64,000 nt of DNA from a virus: the IMG/VR virus record IMGVR_UViG_3300020394_000003, positions 97,705-161,704 of that record; one strand, given 5' to 3'. The notes under the pieces are model-generated. The model searched no databases. It had not been told where the DNA came from and worked only from the letters and a program-made list of their open reading frames with translations. Numbering within the stretch: the first letter of the stretch is position 1; each line of letters begins with the position of its first letter. The translations under genes and the position numbers were made by a program. Of the stretch, positions 1 through 10,025 are shown piece by piece.

Positions 1-10
1 CCGAGAATAC

Positions 11-2185
11 TTGAAAGATTATGAAGTCGATGAAAGTCTTCTAGAAAAAGTTATTTCTTTAAATGCTGAATATAACAAGATTGTAGAACAGACTGAAGAA
101 GTGGGCCGAAATGTAAATTGGAAGATCCATCGTGTAGAATGGGATAATCTTTTTAACTATGGCGAGGGAAACAGTATTGAATTTACCAACCTTAACGGGA
201 TTATCGGAATTTTTGGAAAAAATTACAGCGGAAAAAGCAGCGTTATTGATTCTATTTTATACACGATGTTCAATACAACGTCAAAGAACGAAAGAAAAAA
301 TTTAAATATCATAAATCAAAATAGGCCACAATGCCGCGGCATGGTTGAGATTTCTGTAGATGATGTGCTTTATCGTATTGAAAGAACTAGCGAAAAATAT
401 ACTAAAAAATTAAAAGGCGAGGTCACGCTTGAAGCTAAGACAGATCTAGACTTTAAGAGAGTATGTCCAGTTACTGGAGATGTGGAGAGTTTGAACGGCT
501 TGAGTCGAATCGAGACAGACAAGAATATTCGAAAGCACTTTGGAACTTTGGAAGACTTCCTATTGTCAGCGATGGCTAGCCAGCACGGTGCCCTGCAATT
601 TATTAATGAAGGCTCGACTAGGCGTAAAGAAATTTTTGCTAAGTTTTTAGATTTAGAAATTTTTGAACAGAAGTTTAAGTTAGCGAAAGAAGACGCATCC
701 GATACTCGCGGCGCTTTACGACGCTTGGAGGGTAGAAACTATAAAGAAGAAATTGAAACCGCACAGTTTGAACTACAAACAAACAATGAAGAATTGCGAA
801 GCCAAAAGACACAGTGTAATGCACTAAAGAGTAAGATTGAAACAAACCATCAAAAAATAAATGAAATTGATAAAACGATTGAATCAATTCCGGCTGAGAT
901 TATTGATGTTGTAGATGTTAAGACAAAGATTAAAAACGCTAGGATGCGTCAAGAACGCCTAATTCAAAAAAATACTGAGCTTAGCAGTGAGCGTACAAAA
1001 AATCAAACAATGTACTCTAAGATAATTCAGTTTCTTGATACTTTTGATATTCACGAACTTGAAAGAAAGCAAGAAGAAATTAGTACAATTAGAGATGAAA
1101 TCTCTGCTTGGCAGCGGAAGAGAGATGCTGAGCAACTAGATTTAGAGAGGTATAGGAAAAAACAAAAACTACTAGCTACTCATGAATATGATCCTAATTG
1201 TGAGTACTGCTCTAATAATGAATTTGTAAAAGACGCTATTGCTGCGCAAAAGAAAATTCCTGCATCGACAGCACGTATGGAAGAGTATTTAGCAAATATC
1301 ACTACGCTTAATGTAGAGCTAGAAAAGTTGATGCCGGCTCAAGTAGAAAAACATGTGGAAAAATATTATAAAGTTGTTGATAAAAAAGCGACAGTATCAG
1401 CTGCTATTGCCGATTTGAACTTAGAGATGGAAAAAAACAAGTTAGCCAAAGAGAGGTTATATCACTCCATTAAAGAGCTAAATTCAAAGCTTAATGAATA
1501 TAATCAAAACAAAGAGGCTATTGAAAATCTAGAAGAATTGACGGCTAGTAAAGCTAGTCTGATGATGAAAGGCGAAGACCTTGCAGATAGTCTTGATGTC
1601 TGCGAAGAAAAGATAATTTCACTAGTGCGCACAAACGGCTCCTTGGAACAAAAAGTAGAATCAATTAAACAAAGTAAGCAAGATTATATTGACCTACAAG
1701 ACGAGTTTGCTGCATATGATTTGTTTATGCGATGCATGCATTCTAACGGTATCGCTTACGATGTGATCAAAAGAAAGTTACCGGTAGTAAATCAAGAAAT
1801 TGCTAAGGTGCTGGCTAACATTACTAACTTTGAAATTTATTTTGAAGATAATGGCAAAAAGTTTGAACTTTTTATTAAGCACCCCAAACATGAGCCGCGC
1901 CCACTAGATATGGGTTCCGGCGCAGAAAAAACTATCGCAGCTATGTCAATCAGACTAGCTCTGTTGTCTGTGTCTTCATTGCCAAAGGGAGACATTTTTA
2001 TTCTTGATGAGCCCGGGACAGCACTTGATGAAGATAATATGGAAGGATTTATTCGTATTCTTGAACTAATTAAGATGTACTTTAAAAATATCTTGCTTAT
2101 CTCTCATCTTGACTCGCTCAAAGATTGTGCCGATGTTCAAATCATGATTGATAAGAGAGAGGGGTACGCTAAAATTAATCATTAA
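11..2185 (+). CDS. sbcC: Rad50/SbcC-like SMC ATPase (T4 gp46-like recombination nuclease subunit); 5' end probably truncated by the window
   Basis: Walker A GKNYSGKS, long coiled coil with CEYC zinc hook, signature GSGAE, Walker B ILDEP, H-loop ISH; the frame is open back to position 2. Confidence 0.92.
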   Translation: MKDYEVDESLLEKVISLNAEYNKIVEQTEEVGRNVNWKIHRVEWDNLFNYGEGNSIEFTNLNGIIGIFGKNYSGKSSVIDSILYTMFNTTSKNERKNLNIINQNRPQCRGMVEISVDDVLYRIERTSEKYTKKLKGEVTLEAKTDLDFKRVCPVTGDVESLNGLSRIETDKNIRKHFGTLEDFLLSAMASQHGALQFINEGSTRRKEIFAKFLDLEIFEQKFKLAKEDASDTRGALRRLEGRNYKEEIETAQFELQTNNEELRSQKTQCNALKSKIETNHQKINEIDKTIESIPAEIIDVVDVKTKIKNARMRQERLIQKNTELSSERTKNQTMYSKIIQFLDTFDIHELERKQEEISTIRDEISAWQRKRDAEQLDLERYRKKQKLLATHEYDPNCEYCSNNEFVKDAIAAQKKIPASTARMEEYLANITTLNVELEKLMPAQVEKHVEKYYKVVDKKATVSAAIADLNLEMEKNKLAKERLYHSIKELNSKLNEYNQNKEAIENLEELTASKASLMMKGEDLADSLDVCEEKIISLVRTNGSLEQKVESIKQSKQDYIDLQDEFAAYDLFMRCMHSNGIAYDVIKRKLPVVNQEIAKVLANITNFEIYFEDNGKKFELFIKHPKHEPRPLDMGSGAEKTIAAMSIRLALLSVSSLPKGDIFILDEPGTALDEDNMEGFIRILELIKMYFKNILLISHLDSLKDCADVQIMIDKREGYAKINH

Positions 2186-2199
2186 GATTCGGAGGATAT

Positions 2200-2394
2200 A
2201 TGATGGCAGTAGTAAAAGCAAGGTTAGACGCACTAGTTGAAAAAATGATTTCTCGCAAGTTTATGGTGTGGCTCACGGCAACAGGGCTCATGGTTTGGGC
2301 CGGCCTAGAATCGTCAGATTGGGTGATTATCTCAGGAATCTATATCGGTGGTCAAACCGTTATTGATGGCATTGCCAAACTCAAGGGTGTTTGA
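2200..2394 (+). CDS. Putative holin (small, two transmembrane segments)
   Basis: 64 aa, SRKF followed by two hydrophobic segments, dual Met start, GGAGG RBS. Confidence 0.6.
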   Translation: MMAVVKARLDALVEKMISRKFMVWLTATGLMVWAGLESSDWVIISGIYIGGQTVIDGIAKLKGV

Positions 2395-2801
2395 TGAGCG
2401 ACGAGGCACAAACAAAAAGCATGCAACAAGCAATATTAAAATTTCTGTTATCTCACTGGAAAGAGGTGTTGCTGCTGCTATTATCCGTAGGTATATTTTT
2501 TAAAATGCAAAGTGACATTAATGAATTACAAAAAGCCTACGACGCAGCCCGAGAGAGCTACGAAACACAGATCTCGGGACTTCAAGATATTCACAAAGAA
2601 GAAATAACAATGCGTGAAAAAGCTTTACAAACTTATCGCGATGCACTCGATACACTAGAACGTCAGTACCGTGAAGAACAGGAGCGAATTAAAGAACGCA
2701 CCGAACAGCGCAGAGAAACATTGACTGAAAATCATGTTGAGCGGCCTACAGAGGTTATAAACGAAATACAAAAACAATTTGGATTTGAGTATGTGGAGTA
2801 G
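2391..2801 (+). CDS. Membrane-anchored coiled-coil protein, i-spanin-like
   Basis: N-terminal TM (VLLLLLSVGIFF) followed by a coiled coil; lies directly after the holin-like gene. Confidence 0.45.
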   Translation: MMSDEAQTKSMQQAILKFLLSHWKEVLLLLLSVGIFFKMQSDINELQKAYDAARESYETQISGLQDIHKEEITMREKALQTYRDALDTLERQYREEQERIKERTEQRRETLTENHVERPTEVINEIQKQFGFEYVE

Positions 2802-3252
2802 GATTATACAAATATTGGGCTTAAGTCTAATTTTTGGAAGCCCCGCATACGCAGACGAACTGGCAGAGACATCTAACGGCAAATTTACAATACTAGAACA
2901 GAGCGCACCCGCTCCATTTAGGGGCACACTATTTGATCCTGCAGCCACAGCCTACCTGCTGACGTTTCAAGAAACTTTAAAAGCACAGTATCAGCTAGAT
3001 TTGGAGTATAGGATTAGCGAGCTAAATGCTACACATACACTAGAATTGACAAATTTAGAAATTAGATACACCGCTCTTAGTGACGAATATCAGCTTAGAA
3101 TTGACGCAAAGGATTTAGAAATTCAACAGCTAAACGATTCGCTAGCAAAACTCAGCAGAAACGATAGACACTGGTTTGTCATTGGGGGGTTTGCTATTGG
3201 CGTAGGGGTGACAGCTGGAATTGTTGCTGCGGTTAACAGTGCGAGTAAATAA
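2779..3252 (+). CDS. Exported coiled-coil protein with C-terminal TM (spanin-like partner)
   Basis: Signal peptide ending AYA-D, heptad region, C-terminal hydrophobic WFVIGGFAIGVGVTAGIVAAV. Confidence 0.4.
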   Translation: MDLSMWSRIIQILGLSLIFGSPAYADELAETSNGKFTILEQSAPAPFRGTLFDPAATAYLLTFQETLKAQYQLDLEYRISELNATHTLELTNLEIRYTALSDEYQLRIDAKDLEIQQLNDSLAKLSRNDRHWFVIGGFAIGVGVTAGIVAAVNSASK

Positions 3253-3650
3253 TGAGCGACAAAGATTGGAATCGACTAGCAGCTTTTGAGAAAGCAATTG
3301 CTAAAAAATATGGCAAAGAAACAATTCAGAATCCCAAGTCAAATTGGGATGAGGACAAAGAGCGCGACTACGTTGAGCAACAAAAAAAATTATACCAAAA
3401 AGAGATAATTCGCAAAGAGTCTACAGAGAAGATAGAACATGATGGTATTTTGATTTCTAAAAAACTACTTAATAGAGAATCAAAACGTTCATGCCCGGTT
3501 TGTGCTAAATTATTTTTTAGATCTATGGACGATGTAACTATGACAAAGTATGATTGCTGCTTTGCTTGTTATGTTGAATATGTTGAGAATCGTGAAGAGC
3601 GTTGGTTAAAAGGATGGAGACCAAATGAAGATAACAAAAGCACAGATTAA
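3252..3650 (+). CDS. Hypothetical protein with Cys zinc-binding cluster
   Basis: CPVC...CCFAC; translationally coupled (TAATG). Confidence 0.6.
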   Translation: MSDKDWNRLAAFEKAIAKKYGKETIQNPKSNWDEDKERDYVEQQKKLYQKEIIRKESTEKIEHDGILISKKLLNRESKRSCPVCAKLFFRSMDDVTMTKYDCCFACYVEYVENREERWLKGWRPNEDNKSTD

Positions 3651-3855
3651 ACAAATTATTAGAGAAGAAATGGAATCGATCATTGGCGAGCAAGACGACG
3701 GAGCCGAGATTATGGCTGCTATCGAAGATGTCCCCCCGGCAGCTGAACAGATCGCAGACAGAATTAAAAAAGAGATTGAAAAGCTAGCAGAACCTTCAGG
3801 ACTAGAGCCGCAAGTATTGGCTCAGGCAGTCGCTGCTCTTTTAACAGCAGATTAA
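3625..3855 (+). CDS. Small acidic protein with MKITK..I..II.EE N-terminal tag (candidate internal head protein)
   Basis: N-terminus MKITKAQIKQIIREEM is shared with ORFs at 9726, 62871, 63188 and 63695; GGAG RBS. Confidence 0.6.
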   Translation: MKITKAQIKQIIREEMESIIGEQDDGAEIMAAIEDVPPAAEQIADRIKKEIEKLAEPSGLEPQVLAQAVAALLTAD

Positions 3856-3864
3856 AAATTACGT

Positions 3865-3872
3865 ACTATTTA
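3865..3872 (+). promoter_or_regulatory. Putative late promoter ACTATTTA
   Basis: Recurring motif in intergenic gaps before late genes. Confidence 0.6.
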
Positions 3873-3891
3873 TTAAAAGGAAAAAAATATT

Positions 3892-4437
3892 ATGGCAACA
3901 ACACTAGAGATTATCCAAGGAATTCACCAAGCCGCAGCAAATGCGTATGATGGCGCATTGGATGAAAACGGAGATCCCGTAAAGGTAGGACTAAAAAGAG
4001 AAGAGGGCGATCCTCTGATCGATAGGCGAGTCATGGATGGCTTTAATGTTTCTATCCACGGAAACAAGCTGTGTGTTGCATACCATTCTGAAGTTCGTCT
4101 AAAAGAGGTGTACGGCTCTAATTTCGAATCAGATACAGAGCAAATGATCGAAGACATCGCCAGTTTTTTAAAGAAAGAATACAGGAAGGTAACAGGCGAA
4201 AGTCTATCACTCAAAGCCGTTGGCGAGTGCGATATGATCGTACAGAATACATCAAAAGTCCGGTCATGGGTTCAAGCACGAAAGCATTACGAAATTAGCT
4301 CTTTAGCCGAAGTAGAAGGTGTTCCTAGTTCCGAAGATGAGACAGCGGACACACCGGTCGATCCAGACTTCGAAAAGTTTATGAAGTTGGGAGGATTAGG
4401 CACCAAGGCCAAAAATGATAAAAGACCTAAGTCCTGA
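3892..4437 (+). CDS. Hypothetical phage protein (late region)
   Basis: 181 aa ORF with AAGGA RBS, preceded by the ACTATTTA motif. Confidence 0.7.
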   Translation: MATTLEIIQGIHQAAANAYDGALDENGDPVKVGLKREEGDPLIDRRVMDGFNVSIHGNKLCVAYHSEVRLKEVYGSNFESDTEQMIEDIASFLKKEYRKVTGESLSLKAVGECDMIVQNTSKVRSWVQARKHYEISSLAEVEGVPSSEDETADTPVDPDFEKFMKLGGLGTKAKNDKRPKS

Positions 4438-4451
4438 GACGATGATGATGC

Positions 4452-6038
4452 ATGAGTACGCAGCTATCCAAAAATGATAAGTTAAAAGAAATTTTAAAGT
4501 GTGGTAAAGACCCTAGCTACTTTTTAAAAAATTACGCTAAAATTTCTCATCCAATGCATGGCTTGATTCCATTTAAAACCTATGGGTTTCAAGATGAACT
4601 GCTAGAAAACTTTAATGACCACCGGTTTAATATTATCCTAAAAGCCCGTCAGTTAGGTATTTCTACTATTACGGCAGGATATATTGTATGGCTTATGATG
4701 TTTCGTCGTGACAAGAACGTACTTGTCATGGCAACCAAGTTTGGCACCGCAGCCAACTTGGTTAAAAAAGTAAAGTCAATTGTAAATCATTTACCGCCAT
4801 GGCTAAAGATAACAGATATTAAGATTGATAACCGTACCTCATTTGAGCTAGACAACGGTTCGCAGATTAAGGCCTCTTCGACCTCGTTTGACGCAGGTCG
4901 CTCAGAGGCTTTGTCTCTTTTGGTTATTGATGAGGCTGCACACGTTGATGGTCTTGAAGAACTATGGACGGGCTTATACCCCACGCTGTCCACGGGTGGT
5001 CGCTGTATCGCCCTATCCACCCCTGCAGGCGTTGGTAACTGGTTTCATCAGACATTTATTGACGCTGCCGCTGAACAAAATGACTTTCATCCAATAACTC
5101 TTCCGTGGGACGTGCATCCAGACAGAGACCAGCAGTGGTTTGAGAAAGAGACTAGAAATATGTCTCGCCGTCAAATTGCACAAGAGCTTGAATGCAACTT
5201 CAACACTTCCGGTGACAGCGTTGTAGATCCAGATGATATTGCTTATTTGCTCGACAACGTAAAAGAGCCTCAGTATAGAACAGGATTTGATAGAAATTAT
5301 TGGATTTGGGAGCAGAATATACCGGAAGCTAGTTATCTTTTGGTCGCAGACGTTGCCCGCGGTGACGGCATCGATAGCTCAGCATTTCATGTTATTAAGC
5401 TAGAGACTATGGAAGTTGTTGCAGAATATAAAGGAAAACCTACAATTGATACATATTCTAAGATATTATATGATACGGGAGTAGAGTATGGAAATTGCCT
5501 ACTAGTCGTAGAAAATGTTGGAGTTGGCTACTCGGTGCTAGAAAAACTTATAGAGCTTGGTTATCCAAATCTTTATTACTCGGTTAAATCAACACATGAG
5601 TATGTAGAGCAATATCAGGCAGAAACTATGAACAATGCTGTTGCCGGATTTACCACTTCTACTAAAACTAGACCATTAGTTATTGCAAAATTAGAAGAGT
5701 TCATCAGAAACAAACTAATTAGAATATATTCTAGCAGAACTGTAGAGGAGATAAAAACTTTTATTTGGTACAATGGCAAACCGCAGGCAATGCGCGGCTA
5801 CTCAGACGATTTGATTATGGCACTCGCTATTGCATGTTGGATTAGAGACACCGCGTTAACAGTAAATCAAAGAGACTTAGAGTACCAAAAAGCGTTTCTA
5901 ACTTCAATACAAACTACTAGTAGACAGTTGAAAACTACAATTCCCGGTATGCATGGCCACCGGCAAGGAAAGGCCGATAGAATAACAGACGAGCAAAAAA
6001 AGATGATAAAAGACTTTTTGTGGGTTTATAAGGGGTAA
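4452..6038 (+). CDS. Terminase large subunit (T4 gp17-like)
   Basis: Walker A LKARQLGIS, Walker B VIDEAA, LSTP coupling motif, nuclease ADVARG and DDLIMALA. Confidence 0.95.
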   Translation: MSTQLSKNDKLKEILKCGKDPSYFLKNYAKISHPMHGLIPFKTYGFQDELLENFNDHRFNIILKARQLGISTITAGYIVWLMMFRRDKNVLVMATKFGTAANLVKKVKSIVNHLPPWLKITDIKIDNRTSFELDNGSQIKASSTSFDAGRSEALSLLVIDEAAHVDGLEELWTGLYPTLSTGGRCIALSTPAGVGNWFHQTFIDAAAEQNDFHPITLPWDVHPDRDQQWFEKETRNMSRRQIAQELECNFNTSGDSVVDPDDIAYLLDNVKEPQYRTGFDRNYWIWEQNIPEASYLLVADVARGDGIDSSAFHVIKLETMEVVAEYKGKPTIDTYSKILYDTGVEYGNCLLVVENVGVGYSVLEKLIELGYPNLYYSVKSTHEYVEQYQAETMNNAVAGFTTSTKTRPLVIAKLEEFIRNKLIRIYSSRTVEEIKTFIWYNGKPQAMRGYSDDLIMALAIACWIRDTALTVNQRDLEYQKAFLTSIQTTSRQLKTTIPGMHGHRQGKADRITDEQKKMIKDFLWVYKG

Positions 6039-6040
6039 AA

Positions 6041-8041
6041 ATGGCAGACAATACTAAAAATCCAAGAAACAATCAATCGGAACTTTTCCGTAGACTAACC
6101 AGACTCTTTTCTGGGCCAATTATTAACTACAGAAGCCAATCTGGTAGAAGAATCAAGAGGCAGCATTTAGATAAGTACTCCTCGACATTTAAGTCTGCCA
6201 GTGGCCAGCAGTTCAAGAAAAGCACATATAATCCTTTAGATAGAATTTCTCACGACGCGATTGCAAACCAGCGAAGAGCCGAAAGGTACGTAGATTTTGA
6301 TCAAATGGAGTATATGCCAGAACTAGCATCTGCGTTAGATATCTATGCTGACGAGATGACTACGGCATCCGACTTATCTCCTATGATCAAGATCAACTGT
6401 GTCAATGAAGAGATTAAGGCTGTTTTGTCAACTTTGTACACCAACATCCTTAACCTTGACGCCAACTTGTTTGGCTGGTGTCGCACTATGTGTAAGTATG
6501 GTGACTTTTTCCTGTATCTCGACTTAGACGAAAATTTTGGAATTCGAACCGTTTTGCCCATGCCCCCACAAGAAGTAGAGAGGCTAGAAGGCCAAGATAC
6601 AACGAACCCAAACTATGTCCAGTATCAGTGGAACTCTGCAGGAATGACGTTTGAAAATTGGCAGATTTCACATTTTAGAATCCTTGGTCACGACAAGTAT
6701 GCTCCGTATGGAACATCAATCCTAGAGCCGGCCCGACGTATTTGGCGCCAATTAACACTTATTGAGGACGCAATGATGGCCTATAGGGTCATCAGATCAC
6801 CTGAACGCCGAGTCTTCTATATCGATGTTGGGCAGGTCAATCCGGCTGATGTAGAGCAGTACATGCAAAAAATCATCACGCAGATGAAAAGACATCAGGT
6901 TCTAGATGATTCATCCGGCCGTGTTGACTTGCGCTATAACCCTATGTCCGTAGAAGAGGATTACTATATTCCTGTCCGTGGTCAACAGTCTAACACAAGA
7001 ATTGAAAATCTTGCTGGTGGGCAGCACGCCACCGCAATTGATGATGTTAAATATCTCCGCGATAAATTATTCTCAGCGCTAAAGATTCCACAGTCTTATC
7101 TTACTATGGGCGAGGGAGCGGAAGAAGACAAAACAACGCTGGCTCAAAAAGACATTCGCTTTGCCAGAACAATTCAGAGACTTCAACGTGTTGTAATCAG
7201 CGAACTAGAAAAGATTGGTATTGTTCACCTGTATACACTAGGCTTTAGAGGGGATGACCTTTTAAGTTTTAAAATTTCATTAAACAACCCATCACGAATT
7301 GCAGAGTTACAAGAGCTTGAGCACTGGAGAACTAAGTTCGAAGTTGCCGGCGGCGCTACAGAAGGATACTTTTCTCGTCGCTGGGTAGCCCAACACCTAT
7401 TTTCAATGTCAGAAGAAGAGTTTCTTCGCAATCAACGTGAAATCTTCTATGATAGAAAATACGACGCAGGACTGCAAGCAGTTGCAGAATCCGCTGCTGC
7501 AGAGGCGGCTGGCATGGGAGGCATGCCGCCAGCCGGGGGTGAGCCCGGAGGTCTTGGTGGAGGCGATGAAGGTGGCCTAGGCGCCGATCCCGGCGGCGCG
7601 GCTCCATTAGGCGGCGAAACAGAAATGCCCCCAGACGCCGCGGCCGATCCCGGCGCAGAACCCGCCCCAGAGCCCGAAACTGGTGATCTCTTGGCCGCTC
7701 CCCCCGGCTCCAGACCTTCGCCTAGAATGCATCAAGGTCCGCGCAGCCACAGCCCCAAGAGATATGACCCCGTAAAGGTCGATGGGCGTGATATGGGTGC
7801 TAGAAAAAGATCTTATAATAGTATTGGCCGACCAGAGTTTGGCACTTATAGAACAACAAACTTGGGAGCTTCAGAGTTGCGAAGCTTATCTAAAGGTGTA
7901 TTTACTGAAGAACGTTCTAATTATACAGACACAGATGTGCTCGAAGAGAGTCGATTGTTTGAGATTAATCATGAGGTTAGGACACTAATCAACAACTTAG
8001 AAAGAAATTCGGAGCATTCAAAAGATGAAAATGAAGCATAA
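6041..8041 (+). CDS. Portal protein (T4 gp20-like) with Gly/Pro-rich C-terminal extension
   Basis: LIEDAMMAYRVIRSPERRVFYIDVG, EEDYYIPVRG, DDVKYLRDKLFSALKIP and DIRFARTIQRLQ match T4-type portal motifs. Confidence 0.95.
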   Translation: MADNTKNPRNNQSELFRRLTRLFSGPIINYRSQSGRRIKRQHLDKYSSTFKSASGQQFKKSTYNPLDRISHDAIANQRRAERYVDFDQMEYMPELASALDIYADEMTTASDLSPMIKINCVNEEIKAVLSTLYTNILNLDANLFGWCRTMCKYGDFFLYLDLDENFGIRTVLPMPPQEVERLEGQDTTNPNYVQYQWNSAGMTFENWQISHFRILGHDKYAPYGTSILEPARRIWRQLTLIEDAMMAYRVIRSPERRVFYIDVGQVNPADVEQYMQKIITQMKRHQVLDDSSGRVDLRYNPMSVEEDYYIPVRGQQSNTRIENLAGGQHATAIDDVKYLRDKLFSALKIPQSYLTMGEGAEEDKTTLAQKDIRFARTIQRLQRVVISELEKIGIVHLYTLGFRGDDLLSFKISLNNPSRIAELQELEHWRTKFEVAGGATEGYFSRRWVAQHLFSMSEEEFLRNQREIFYDRKYDAGLQAVAESAAAEAAGMGGMPPAGGEPGGLGGGDEGGLGADPGGAAPLGGETEMPPDAAADPGAEPAPEPETGDLLAAPPGSRPSPRMHQGPRSHSPKRYDPVKVDGRDMGARKRSYNSIGRPEFGTYRTTNLGASELRSLSKGVFTEERSNYTDTDVLEESRLFEINHEVRTLINNLERNSEHSKDENEA

Positions 8042-8846
8042 CAAAAAAAGAAATACAGCAATTTTGTATGAAATCTTAACACAACAATTTACGCACGCTA
8101 TTGTCAACAAAGATGCTAGCAAGAAAAATGAGATTGCTCAAATTTTAAAAAAGTATTTTAGACAAGGAACTGTACTAGCTGAAGAATTAGAGCTTTACAA
8201 AGCACTATATGAAACTAAAGGATTAGAAAAAGGCTTATGTGAAAGACTGGTTACAGAGGTCTCACGCGCACACGCCTCAATTGATAAGACTAAAGTCTAC
8301 GAACAACAGTCAGAGTTGATTAGCACAATTAATAAAAGAATTTCCCCAAACGCCTTCAAGACGTTTGTTCCAAATTATAAAAGCTTAGCTTCAATTGCCC
8401 AGCTATTTAGTCCAGAAGTTACTATCAAAAATAAAGTTCTTCTCGAACAAAATCTTGTTAATATCATGTCAGAGATGGTTGACGAGAAAAAAGAAGAACT
8501 GCTGCCAATCGATAATATTGTTTATAGCAAGTTTGTCGAGCGTTTTAACGAAAAATATTCTGATGGCTTGCTGCAGGAGCAGAAAGAACTGATAAGTAAT
8601 TATATCTCCTCGTTCGCAGATAATGGAGTCGGTCTCAAGGTATATTTAAACGAAGAGATCACCCGTCTTAAAGAAGAACTAGGTCAGGCCTTAAATTCAG
8701 AAATGTTTACACAAGATAGTGACATGAAAGAAAAAGCTGAAAAAGTTTATACTATTTTAGAACAATCAAACAAGACCAAGGTTGATAAAGCGTTTGTGCA
8801 AAAAATTGCAAAAATTCAATCCTTAGTTAAGGAGTTAGTTGATTAA
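8025..8846 (+). CDS. Hypothetical head-region protein
   Basis: 273 aa helical ORF overlapping the portal stop. Confidence 0.7.
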   Translation: MKMKHNKKRNTAILYEILTQQFTHAIVNKDASKKNEIAQILKKYFRQGTVLAEELELYKALYETKGLEKGLCERLVTEVSRAHASIDKTKVYEQQSELISTINKRISPNAFKTFVPNYKSLASIAQLFSPEVTIKNKVLLEQNLVNIMSEMVDEKKEELLPIDNIVYSKFVERFNEKYSDGLLQEQKELISNYISSFADNGVGLKVYLNEEITRLKEELGQALNSEMFTQDSDMKEKAEKVYTILEQSNKTKVDKAFVQKIAKIQSLVKELVD

Positions 8847-9388
8847 TGGCTATTAAGATCAAAATTGGAACAAAGAATAAACCAGAGCCAGTAAGTCGAA
8901 AATTTGAATTAAAAATTCGAAAGTCACTTGATGGAAATTTGATGATCTTTGATCATGCCGATATTGATATTGTAATCATGCCATCAAAAAAGAAAATTTT
9001 GGCTCTACCAAAAGAGACAATGAATGACGCCGCATACGGAGCACAGAACCGCCTAATGGCTCACCTTAGAAGAAAGGGTCTAATAGATCTAGCTTCAGTA
9101 CAGGGTGGCAACATTTATGGCTCAATGGAGGCAATCCTAGCAGAAAGCGTCGATGGTCTTGACTCTGTAAAGATGACACTCTTAAATGTAGATAAGTTTA
9201 TTGATGAAGAGCGTCCTTACTTTGATTTTGTACGCGCTGCTGTTGATCAGGCGGAAGACATGTACACAGATCCAGAAGATCTGCATTCTACTGAGCTTGG
9301 CGATGTGCCACACGCAGATACCAAAGGCTCGCTACAACCGGGCTATGTTAGAGATCCTTATGGATTATCGTCACTTTACAAAATTTAG
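8846..9388 (+). CDS. Hypothetical protein
   Basis: 180 aa ORF, TAATG coupling, AGGAG RBS. Confidence 0.7.
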   Translation: MAIKIKIGTKNKPEPVSRKFELKIRKSLDGNLMIFDHADIDIVIMPSKKKILALPKETMNDAAYGAQNRLMAHLRRKGLIDLASVQGGNIYGSMEAILAESVDGLDSVKMTLLNVDKFIDEERPYFDFVRAAVDQAEDMYTDPEDLHSTELGDVPHADTKGSLQPGYVRDPYGLSSLYKI

Positions 9389-9397
9389 AGGTGAAAA

Positions 9398-9736
9398 TTG
9401 GGTAGCTTATATGTAATGAACCTAGTATGGTTCATCTTATGTGCCTACGGGCTAACACAGATTATTGTATACGGCAGTATATTCAATAAGATAAGACCTT
9501 CTAAGACATGGCTTGCCGGGTTTGGTGAATTATTTCACTGCCCAATGTGTATGGGATTCTGGGTTGGTGTTTTTTTGTTTTGCATTTCTCCGTATACTGA
9601 ACTATTTACCTTTGAGCAAACTATGGCAAATATTTTTATTTGTGGCTGGGTTTCATCTGGGACCTCATACATAATGAATGTTTTATTTTGTGATAACGGA
9701 GTTCAACTGGGGGTAAACAGTAAAAATGAAAATTGA
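9398..9736 (+). CDS. Small membrane protein with CxxC (DUF1360-like); start may be ATG 9416
   Basis: Three hydrophobic segments and LFHCPMCMGFW. Confidence 0.6.
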   Translation: MGSLYVMNLVWFILCAYGLTQIIVYGSIFNKIRPSKTWLAGFGELFHCPMCMGFWVGVFLFCISPYTELFTFEQTMANIFICGWVSSGTSYIMNVLFCDNGVQLGVNSKNEN

Positions 9737-10025
9737 TAAAGAAGAGCTAGAAAAAATTATTTTAGAAGAAGTTATGAAAGAAATGGATACCTCCGCTACT
9801 GCTATTAAAAAAGGCATGAGAGGCCAGCAGATGCAGAAAAATGTTTCTTCAGCAGGCACCGGCGGCCGCGAAACCATTGCGCGACTTCAAAGAGTAATTC
9901 AAACAATTGGTCAACAAAAAATGTCGACCGTGCCAGCACAAGTAAAGATGGCTTTGCAAAAATTAGAAGCGGCTTTGGGCATTCAATCCAATGCCGGTGC
10001 TACACAACAAGGAGATGCACAATGA
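9726..10025 (+). CDS. Small protein with MKIDK..L..II.EE N-terminal tag
   Basis: MKIDKEELEKIILEEV; ACTATTTA motif upstream at 9601. Confidence 0.6.
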   Translation: MKIDKEELEKIILEEVMKEMDTSATAIKKGMRGQQMQKNVSSAGTGGRETIARLQRVIQTIGQQKMSTVPAQVKMALQKLEAALGIQSNAGATQQGDAQ

